Below are positions 33,702 to 40,987 of a stretch of DNA of 64,000 nt, in pieces. Each line of letters begins with the position of its first letter. Within the stretch, counting starts at the first letter, position 1. The stretch spans positions 5,872 to 69,871 of the forward strand of contig JAQBHB010000036.1 of NCBI GenBank assembly GCA_032128115.1, read 5' to 3'. The notes below the pieces were generated by a model. That model worked only from the letters and a program-made list of their open reading frames with translations, had not been told where the DNA came from and did not search any database. Source of the stretch: Deltaproteobacteria bacterium. GTDB lineage: Bacteria; Myxococcota_A; UBA9160; SMWR01. Position numbers and translations under genes: made by a program.

Positions 33702-34882
33702 TTGCGTCGCTCGCGGGGCAGCTTCAGACCCAGGGTGGAGACGATTTCGCGCTGGATTTCGTTTACGCCGCCGCCGAAGGTGTTGATCTGGCAGCCGCGC
33801 CACTCGGCCTCCAGGCGTCCGCGCAGTACCGCACCGGGCGAGCCGTCCACCACCGTGCCCACGATGCCCACTACATCGAGGAGCAGGCGGTAGACCTCGA
33901 TCACGGTCTCGCTGCCGTAGATCTTGGCCGACGAGGCGTGGGCGGGATCGAGTCTTCCGTTGTCGAGTTCCCAGGCGAGCTTCCAGTTCATCACCTTGAG
34001 CGCCTCGAGCCGGGCGTAGCACTCGGCCAGGGCTGCCTGCACCCACGGCTTCTCGATCACCGGTGCTCCCGTATCGGACTCGACCTCTCGTGCCCAGGCC
34101 GCCACCTCTTCGAGGTTCTGCGAGGCCCCGCTGCCCATGGCCGCGAGTCCCATGCGCTCGTGGTTGAGCTGCAGGGTGATGAGCTCCCAACCGCCGTTCT
34201 CTTGTCCCACGAGCATGTCCACCGGGACCACCACGTTGTCGTAGTACGACATGGACGTGGTGCCGCCGCCCACGGTGTGGATGGGCGAGCAGGAGAAGCC
34301 GGGCGATTTCGTGTCCACGATCAGGATCGAAATGCCCCGGTGCTTGGACGCATCCGGGTCGGTGCGACAGGCCAGCCAGATGTAGTCGGCGCTGCTGGCG
34401 CCGCTGGTGAAGATCTTGGTGCCGTTGACCAGATAGTGGTCGCCTGCGAGGCGCGCCTCGGTCTTGAGCGATGCCAGGTCGGTGCCCGACTCGGGCTCCG
34501 TGTATCCAATGGCGAAGTGGATGGCGCCGGCCAGGATGCCTTTCAGGAAGCGCTGCTTCTGGGCCTCGGTCCCCCGCGCCATGAGCGCGGGCCCGACGGT
34601 GTTCAGCGTGACGAAGGGCAGGGGCGCCCCGGCGCGCCGCGTCTCTTCGAACCAGATCTGCTGTTCGATTCCCGTGCGGCCCTGGCCGCCGTACTCGACG
34701 GGCCAGCCCACGCCGAGCCAGCCGTCGCTGCCCATCTGTTTGACGATCTCGCGGGACGCGGGACTTCCTTCGCGGCCGCCGGCCGCGAGCCTCGACTGCA
34801 CCTCGGGGGTGATGAGCTTCGCGTAGTAGTCGCGAAGCTCCTGGCGCAGGGCCTTCTGTCCGGGGGTGTGGTCGATGTACAT
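33698..34882 (-). CDS. acyl-CoA dehydrogenase family protein
   Basis: 394 aa. GWLGVGWPVEYGGQG, HFAIGYTEPESGTDLAS, FTSGASSADYIWLACRTD and the C-terminal GGGVNEIQREIV. Confidence 0.9.
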   Translation of the reverse strand: MYIDHTPGQKALRQELRDYYAKLITPEVQSRLAAGGREGSPASREIVKQMGSDGWLGVGWPVEYGGQGRTGIEQQIWFEETRRAGAPLPFVTLNTVGPALMARGTEAQKQRFLKGILAGAIHFAIGYTEPESGTDLASLKTEARLAGDHYLVNGTKIFTSGASSADYIWLACRTDPDASKHRGISILIVDTKSPGFSCSPIHTVGGGTTSMSYYDNVVVPVDMLVGQENGGWELITLQLNHERMGLAAMGSGASQNLEEVAAWAREVESDTGAPVIEKPWVQAALAECYARLEALKVMNWKLAWELDNGRLDPAHASSAKIYGSETVIEVYRLLLDVVGIVGTVVDGSPGAVLRGRLEAEWRGCQINTFGGGVNEIQREIVSTLGLKLPRERRK

Positions 34883-35032
34883 GGATTCGCGGCCGATATC
34901 TTACCCGAAAGAGACCCATTTTTGCGAAGGTCACGCACCGCGCTCGGGATCACCCTGGGCGGCTTCGCAGTGGGGTCTGCCCGGCCGCTTCTCGACACTC
35001 TGGCTGCGCCTGGCCCCTGCTAGAGTTCGAAG

Positions 35033-35761
35033 GTGAGCGGCAATCTGGTCTTCATCACGGGCGCCTCCAGCGGAATCGGCCTCGCCCTGGCGCGCGCCGT
35101 GCCATTCGACGAGGCCCACATCTACGACATCAGCCGCCGCGGATCGGACGATTTCGACCACGTGGCCGCCGACCTCTCGAACCCGGAGTCCTGGGACGTC
35201 CTGGGTGACTTCTTCGCGAAGCAGCTGCAGGACTACGACGGCGATCGCGTGGTGTTCATCCAGTGCGCTGGCACCCTGGACCCCATGGGTTTCTCCGGCG
35301 AGGTGAACGGCGAGGCCTACAAGAAGGCCGTGTTGCTCAACAGCGCCGCGCCCCAGGTGCTTGGCGATGCGTTCCTGGACGCCACCCAACGCACCCGCGC
35401 CCGCTGCACCCTGATCATGATCACCTCGGGCGCGGCCCAGTCGGTGTACGAGGGATGGTCGGCCTACGCCGCTGGCAAGGCAGCCATGGACCAGTGGGTG
35501 CGCACGGCGGGCGCCGAGCAGGCGATCCGCGGCGACCACTGCCGGATCTTCGCGGTGGCACCGGGCGTGGTGGAGACGGCCATGCAGGCCGAGATCCGCA
35601 GGATGACGCCCGATCGCTTTCCCCAGGTGGCCCACTTCAAGGACCTCTTCGAGCACGGGGAGTTGCGTGACCCGGACACGGTGGCCCAGGAGATCTGGGC
35701 GTTGCTGGATCGCAAGCTACCGAACGGGGCCGTCGTAGATCTTCGCGAGATCCGTGCCTGA
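35033..35761 (+). CDS. short-chain dehydrogenase/reductase (SDR)
   Basis: 242 aa, GTG start. Cofactor motif FITGASSGIGLALA and catalytic YAAGK. Confidence 0.88.
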   Translation: MSGNLVFITGASSGIGLALARAVPFDEAHIYDISRRGSDDFDHVAADLSNPESWDVLGDFFAKQLQDYDGDRVVFIQCAGTLDPMGFSGEVNGEAYKKAVLLNSAAPQVLGDAFLDATQRTRARCTLIMITSGAAQSVYEGWSAYAAGKAAMDQWVRTAGAEQAIRGDHCRIFAVAPGVVETAMQAEIRRMTPDRFPQVAHFKDLFEHGELRDPDTVAQEIWALLDRKLPNGAVVDLREIRA

Positions 35762-35807
35762 TCCGGTGTCCGACTCGCATCTCTCGACCCTCGCGCGCGA
35801 GTCGACG

Positions 35808-37382
35808 ATGGATCGCCTGGACCGGGAGCGCTTCGACTGCGTCGTGATCGGCGGCGGCATCTCGGGCGCGGGCATCGCGCGCGAGGCTTCGCTGCGCGGC
35901 CTTTCGGTGGCCGTGCTCGAGGCCGAAGACTTCGCGTCGGGCACCTCGAGCCGCTCCTCCAAGCTGATACACGGGGGCCTGCGCTATCTGGCCATGGGCG
36001 ACGTGGCGCTGGTGCGAAAGACCGCCCTCGAGCGCAAGCAGATCTTCCGCCTGGCTCCGCACCTGGCCGTGCGCCGCTGGATGGTGATCCCCACGCGTTC
36101 GGTCGCCGGCATGCTGAAGATGCGCGTCGCCATCACCACCTACGAGAAGCTCGGCGCCGTCGAATCCGAAGACCTGCACCGGAACTGGTCGCGGGCGGAT
36201 CTCGAGCGCGAAGAGCCCCTGATCTCCCGTTCCGAATTCAAGCAGGCCTCGGTCTACCGCGAGTACCTGACCGACGATGCCCACCTGGTGCTGGCCAACC
36301 TGCGTTCGGCCGCGAGCCTGGGCGCCGCGGCCCTGAACCACGCGCGGGTGGACACCCTCATCCGCGAGGGGGAGCGGGCCGCCGGGGTCGAGGCCGTGTG
36401 TCGCTTCACGGGCCGGCGCGTGCGCGTGCGCGCCCGCGCGGTGGTGAACGCCGCGGGGCCGTGGGTCGAAGCCGTGCGGCGTCTGGAAGACGCAGCGGCC
36501 CCGCCGCTGCTGCATCTGTCGAAGGGCGTGCACGTGGTGGTGCCCGCGGAACGCCTGCCCGTGCGCGAGATGCTGATCCTGAACGCAGCCGGCGGGCGCA
36601 CGATCTTCGTGATCCGCCAGGGCGCGGTGACGTACCTGGGCACCACCGACACCACCTACGAACCGGGGCACGAGGTGTGGCCCCAGATCACCGGCGAAGA
36701 CGTGGACTATCTGCTGGAGCCCACGCGCCGGTACCTGACGGTTGCGCCCCTGCAGCGCCACGACATCGTGGCCGCCTGGGCGGGGCTGCGGCCGCTCATC
36801 GCCCAGCCGGGGAAGTCTCCCCAGGAGATCTCGCGACGCGACGAGGTGCTGGTGGGACCCGCGCGGGTGGTGACGATCGCCGGCGGCAAGCTCACGGGCT
36901 ACCGGCCCATGGCCAGCGAGACCGTGGACAAGGCCGTGAAGGTCTGTGAGCTCAACGCGGCGCCGCGGCCCGCCGAGGAGCCGCCGCTTCCGGGCGGCGA
37001 TTTCGACGGGGCGCTGCCCCCGTTGGAGTCGAGTCTCACGAAGCTTGGCGTGCCCCCCGCGTGCGCGGCGCGCATGGTGCGCCTCTACGGCACCGAGGCC
37101 CTGGAGATCGCCAAGCGCGACACCACACCGCTCGTGGCTGGCGCCGCGGTTCTTTCCTCCGAGGTCGACTGGGCGGTGCAGGCCGAAGCCGCCGCAACCC
37201 TGGAAGACGTGATCTACCGGCGACTGCGCGTCGCCTACTACGTGCCCGACGCCCGGGAAGCGGCCCTCGAGCCTGTGGCGGAGCGGATGGCCCGATTGCT
37301 CGGCTGGAGCGACGTGCGCAAGCGCCACGAGATCGCCCACACCCACGCCCGCCTGGCCGCCGATCTGGACTTTCGCGACTGA
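35808..37382 (+). CDS. glpD: FAD-dependent glycerol-3-phosphate dehydrogenase/oxidase
   Basis: FDCVVIGGGISGAGIAREASLRGLSVAVLEAEDFASGTSSRSSKLIHGGLRYL is the GlpD N-terminal signature. I prefer ATG 35808 because its short leader matches other GlpD proteins. The track start, GTG 35754, remains possible. Confidence 0.88.
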   Translation: MDRLDRERFDCVVIGGGISGAGIAREASLRGLSVAVLEAEDFASGTSSRSSKLIHGGLRYLAMGDVALVRKTALERKQIFRLAPHLAVRRWMVIPTRSVAGMLKMRVAITTYEKLGAVESEDLHRNWSRADLEREEPLISRSEFKQASVYREYLTDDAHLVLANLRSAASLGAAALNHARVDTLIREGERAAGVEAVCRFTGRRVRVRARAVVNAAGPWVEAVRRLEDAAAPPLLHLSKGVHVVVPAERLPVREMLILNAAGGRTIFVIRQGAVTYLGTTDTTYEPGHEVWPQITGEDVDYLLEPTRRYLTVAPLQRHDIVAAWAGLRPLIAQPGKSPQEISRRDEVLVGPARVVTIAGGKLTGYRPMASETVDKAVKVCELNAAPRPAEEPPLPGGDFDGALPPLESSLTKLGVPPACAARMVRLYGTEALEIAKRDTTPLVAGAAVLSSEVDWAVQAEAAATLEDVIYRRLRVAYYVPDAREAALEPVAERMARLLGWSDVRKRHEIAHTHARLAADLDFRD

Positions 37383-37566
37383 ATCGAAGTCTCGAACGAA
37401 ATGATGCGTTTTTCACTCAGTGTGGATCGAGCCCCACCGTTGAATTGGGCAACGGAAAAAGAATTCCCCTTTCTGGACAAACCGATTCCCTCAGAAGCTG
37501 CACCCGAGCTCGTCGCTCTCTTCTCAAGCTGTTGAAAACAAAGGATTTGTTGAATCCACCGGAGTG

Positions 37567-37582
37567 CGGCACGAGATTTGCT
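37567..37582 (+). promoter_or_regulatory. sigma-54 (RpoN) -24/-12 promoter candidate
   Basis: CGGCACGAGATTTGCT matches the consensus TGGCACG-N4-TTGCW at 15 of 16 positions, with correct GG/GC spacing. It lies 72 nt upstream of the PEP-CTERM gene start in a lower-GC 271-bp intergenic region. Palindrome AACAAAggaTTTGTT at 37537-37551. Confidence 0.65.
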
Positions 37583-37653
37583 TGACGAAGAAGTGCGATT
37601 TCTTGCGGGTGGCGCTGTTTCGCGCCCCGCGGGTCGTACTGGGAGGGGACCTC

Positions 37654-38319
37654 GTGTTCCGTATCGTTGCTGTTCTTGCGCTCTTCCTTCTGATTCCCGC
37701 TGCGGGATCGGCCGTCCTCATCGATTCGTTCGACGATGCGGAAAACACGACCGCAAACTCTGGCACCCCCGCGGACAACGCGGCCACGGCATCTGGCTCG
37801 TTCCTGGGGACCAACCGCCAGCTCGACACGACCTGGACGTCGGGCACCAACGACGTCGATGGCGAGATCGACTCGGGCGGCAGCAGCCTGCTCAGCGTGG
37901 CCCTGGGGTCCAGCACCCTGGGCACCGTTTCGGTCCTCTGGCAGAACATCGGGGGCGCCGACCTCACTGCGGGCAGCACCCTGAATGCCATCGGCCTCTT
38001 GATCGACTTCGACGATTTGCCGGCCGACATCACGATCACCGTGACCGACGGCAGCAGCAACTCGGGTTCGTCGGGCACGACCACTGCGGGTGGGATCTTC
38101 GTTCCCACCACGGAGGCCCTGCTCTTCTCGTCATTCAGCGGCAGCGTCGACTTCAGCGACGTGGAGACGATCTTGTTGTTCATCGATCCGCTGTTCGCGG
38201 CGACGGACCTGCAGATCGACTTCATCGAGTCGACCTTTGTTCCCGAGCCGGGCACCGCCCTGCTGCTGGGGCTGGGACTCGTGGGCCTGGGCGTGCGAGG
38301 GCGGAACCGCCGCGCCTAG
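37654..38319 (+). CDS. PEP-CTERM sorting-signal protein (secreted, 221 aa)
   Basis: GTG 37654 preceded by GGAGGGG. Signal peptide VFRIVAVLALFLLIPAAGSA. Ser/Thr/Gly-rich body. C-terminal FVPEPGTALLLGLGLVGLGVRGRNRRA (PEP motif + TM + Arg cluster). Confidence 0.85.
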   Translation: MFRIVAVLALFLLIPAAGSAVLIDSFDDAENTTANSGTPADNAATASGSFLGTNRQLDTTWTSGTNDVDGEIDSGGSSLLSVALGSSTLGTVSVLWQNIGGADLTAGSTLNAIGLLIDFDDLPADITITVTDGSSNSGSSGTTTAGGIFVPTTEALLFSSFSGSVDFSDVETILLFIDPLFAATDLQIDFIESTFVPEPGTALLLGLGLVGLGVRGRNRRA

Positions 38320-38346
38320 CGCGAACTCCAGGAGCGCCGGATTTCG

Positions 38347-38380
38347 AGGCGCAGCCCCACCGGGCTGCGCCTCTTTCTTT
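38347..38380 (+). terminator. rho-independent terminator
   Basis: 11-bp GC-rich stem AGGCGCAGCCC / GGGCTGCGCCT with loop CACC, followed by CTTTCTTT. Begins 28 nt after the PEP-CTERM stop. Confidence 0.8.
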
Positions 38381-38422
38381 GTGGGACCGGGCCGCAGATG
38401 CCTCCGGTAGACTGCAGCCGGT

Positions 38423-39847
38423 ATGGACGAGCTGGTCGAGCGTCTTCGCAGTGACCTGGGAGATCGGGTTCACACGGATCCCGAGACGCTGAATGCCCAC
38501 TGGCGCGACGCCTGGGTGCTTTCGGAGCTTGACGATCTGGAGGATCGTGCACCGGCGCGGCCCCGAGCGGTGGTCGTCGCGCAGAGCACCGCGGACGTCT
38601 CGCGCACCCTGGTCTTGTGCCGCGCGGCACGCGTCCCCGTCGTTCCGTTCGGAGGCGGCTCAGGAGTGTGCGGCGCCATCGTGGTTCCCGACGGGGCGGT
38701 GGTGCTGTCCACGGCCGGTCTCTCCGGTCTGCGCGAGATCGACGACCGCAATCTCACCGCCAGCTTCGGCGCCGGCACCAACGGCATGCAGGCCGAGCGG
38801 GCGGTCGAAGCCCACGGCCTCACCATCGGTCACTGGCCCCAGTCGATCGAAATCTCCACAGTAGGGGGTTGGGTGGCGACCCGTGCCTCGGGTCAGTTCT
38901 CCACCGGCTACGGCAACATCGAAGACATCCTGCTCGATCTCGAGGCCGTGCTCCCGGACGGAAGCGTGCTGCGCACGCGCCGCACGCCGCGGGCTTCTGC
39001 GGGCCCCGACCTGCGTCAGATCTTTCTGGGAAGCGAGGGCACGCTGGGGGTGGTGACCGAGGTGACCTTCTCGCTGCGCGCCCAGCCAGAGGCGCGCCAC
39101 GGTCAGGCCTTCCACTTCGCCGATCTCGAGAGTGGACTCGAGTCGATACGCCTGCTGATGCGCGTGGGCTGGCGGCCGCCGGTGGTGCGCCTCTACGACG
39201 CCGCCGAGTCCGGGCGTCACTTTGGCGATGATTGTCCTTCGGGCCGCGCCATGTTGATCCTGTTGCACGAAGGCCCCGCCGCCGGAGTGGAGGCCGAGCG
39301 CGAGGCGGTGGCGAAGCTCTGCAGCGAACGCGGTGGCGTCGGCGCGGACGCAGGCGTCGTGGATCACTGGATGCGCGAGCGCAATCACGTGCCGGGGTTC
39401 CGGGATTTCCTCGAGAAAGGCGTCGTTCTCGACACCATCGAAGTGGCCTGCACCTGGGATCGGGTGAGCGAGCTCTACCAGCGCGCCACGGATTCGCTGC
39501 GGCAGGTGCCGGGCATGCTGCTGGCCAGCGCCCACTCGAGCCACAGCTACCGGTCGGGGACCAACCTCTACATCACCTTCGTGGCCCGGCCGGAAAGCCC
39601 CGCCGGAATGCGCGACACCTATCGCCAGTGCTGGCGTCGCACCATGGAGGCCGTGCTGGCGGTGGGGGGTGGCATCGCCCACCACCACGGGATCGGCAGG
39701 GTGCGCAAGGACGTGTTGTCCGGCGAGATCGGGGCGGGAGGCGTGGCCCTGTTGCGCGCCCTGAAGGCAGCGCTCGACCCGGAGGGTCTGCTCAACCCCG
39801 GGGCCCTGCTGCCCGACGCGGGGACGAGCGAATCCGCGGTGCGCTAG
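38423..39847 (+). CDS. FAD-linked oxidase, alkyl-dihydroxyacetone-phosphate synthase (AGPS)-like
   Basis: 474 aa. FAD_binding_4 segment VVPFGGGSGVCGA. The block GHWPQSIEISTVGGWVATRASGQFSTGYGNIEDILL resembles the AGPS block (..STxGGWxSTRASGxxxxxYGNIEDL..) more than GlcD-type oxidases. This is by recollection, with no alignment run. Confidence 0.7.
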   Translation: MDELVERLRSDLGDRVHTDPETLNAHWRDAWVLSELDDLEDRAPARPRAVVVAQSTADVSRTLVLCRAARVPVVPFGGGSGVCGAIVVPDGAVVLSTAGLSGLREIDDRNLTASFGAGTNGMQAERAVEAHGLTIGHWPQSIEISTVGGWVATRASGQFSTGYGNIEDILLDLEAVLPDGSVLRTRRTPRASAGPDLRQIFLGSEGTLGVVTEVTFSLRAQPEARHGQAFHFADLESGLESIRLLMRVGWRPPVVRLYDAAESGRHFGDDCPSGRAMLILLHEGPAAGVEAEREAVAKLCSERGGVGADAGVVDHWMRERNHVPGFRDFLEKGVVLDTIEVACTWDRVSELYQRATDSLRQVPGMLLASAHSSHSYRSGTNLYITFVARPESPAGMRDTYRQCWRRTMEAVLAVGGGIAHHHGIGRVRKDVLSGEIGAGGVALLRALKAALDPEGLLNPGALLPDAGTSESAVR

Positions 39848-39901
39848 CATGGCCGGCCCTCCGGCCGCGTGGGCCGGAGAACCACCAGGCGAACGAGAGG
39901 C

Positions 39902-40987
39902 ATGGTCGATCCGAAGCGCGCGGGCGTGTCGGCGAAGGATTGGGAAGAGGCGACGGCCTCCTGCCACGAGCTTCGCGTGGCGAAGATCGTGGAGGAGACC
40001 CACGACGCCCGCTCCATCGTGCTCGCGGTGCCCGAGTCCCTGCGCGGGCGCTTCGCCTACAAGGCGGGGCAGTTCCTCAGCTTCAAGATCCCGTATCGGG
40101 GCGTGGTGCTGACGCGCAGCTATTCCCTGTGCAGTTCGCCCGAGTGCGATCCGGAGCACAAGATCGCCGTCAAGCGGGTCGACGACGGCAGGGTCTCCAA
40201 CTGGATGAACGACGAGCTTCGCGAGGACGACACCTTGATGGTGGTGCCGCCGGCGGGCTTCTTCGTGCTCGACGACGCGACCAACAAGCTGGTGCTCTTC
40301 AGCGGCGGCAGCGGCATCACGCCGTGCATCGCGTTGATCAAGACGGCACTCGTCACCACGCGTCGAGATCTCAAGCTGGTGTACGCCAACCGCGACGCCC
40401 GCTCGATCATCTTCCAGCAGGAGCTCGAGGCGTTGCGCGAAAAGCACGGAGATCGCTTCGAGATCGTGCACTCGCTCGACGACGTGGACGGGTTCCTGGA
40501 TCTGCACGCGGTCAAGCGCCACGTGGGCGATGACGTGGGTGCCGACTTCTACCTGTGCGGCCCGGGCCCCTTCATGGCGACGGTGGAGGCATCTCTCGAA
40601 GAGATGGGCGTGCACATGGACCGTATCCATGTGGAGCACTTCGCATCGCCCGCGGATCCCGGAGAGGCGGCAGAGGAAGCGGCGGCACCTGCCGCCGAGG
40701 GCGAGGTGGTGCCCGACTCGATCACGGTGGTGCTCGATGGGGTGACCCACCAGGTTCCCTACGAAGCGGGGGAGAAGGTGCTGCACGCGGTGCGGCGTGC
40801 GGGCCTCGAGCCCCCCTTCTCGTGCGAGGAGGGCTACTGCTCGTGCTGCATGGCGAAGCTCGTCGGCGGCCAGGTGCAGATGGCCACCAACGACTGCCTG
40901 ACCCCCGAGCTCCTGGAAGAGGGCTGGGTGCTCACCTGCCAGTCGCGCTGCGTGAGCGCCAGGATCCGGGTCGAATACCCGGACTGA
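39902..40987 (+). CDS. ferredoxin-NAD(P)+ reductase-type oxidoreductase with C-terminal plant-type 2Fe-2S domain (PaaE-like)
   Basis: Trimmed to ATG 39902. FAD-binding RSYSLCSSP, NAD-binding LVLFSGGSGITPCIAL, and a C-terminal cluster CEEGYCSCCMAKL..LTCQSRC. Confidence 0.85.
   Translation: MVDPKRAGVSAKDWEEATASCHELRVAKIVEETHDARSIVLAVPESLRGRFAYKAGQFLSFKIPYRGVVLTRSYSLCSSPECDPEHKIAVKRVDDGRVSNWMNDELREDDTLMVVPPAGFFVLDDATNKLVLFSGGSGITPCIALIKTALVTTRRDLKLVYANRDARSIIFQQELEALREKHGDRFEIVHSLDDVDGFLDLHAVKRHVGDDVGADFYLCGPGPFMATVEASLEEMGVHMDRIHVEHFASPADPGEAAEEAAAPAAEGEVVPDSITVVLDGVTHQVPYEAGEKVLHAVRRAGLEPPFSCEEGYCSCCMAKLVGGQVQMATNDCLTPELLEEGWVLTCQSRCVSARIRVEYPD

Noticed and set aside
31621-34934. Upstream extensions of track ORFs 31204..33600 and 32754..34934 (798 and 726 aa)
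   Set aside because: Only the C-terminal 138 aa and 315 aa read as real domains (MaoC; hotdog+DUF35). The extensions overlap the two acyl-CoA dehydrogenase genes in other frames, and ATG starts at 31620 and 33701 give classic ATGA coupling.
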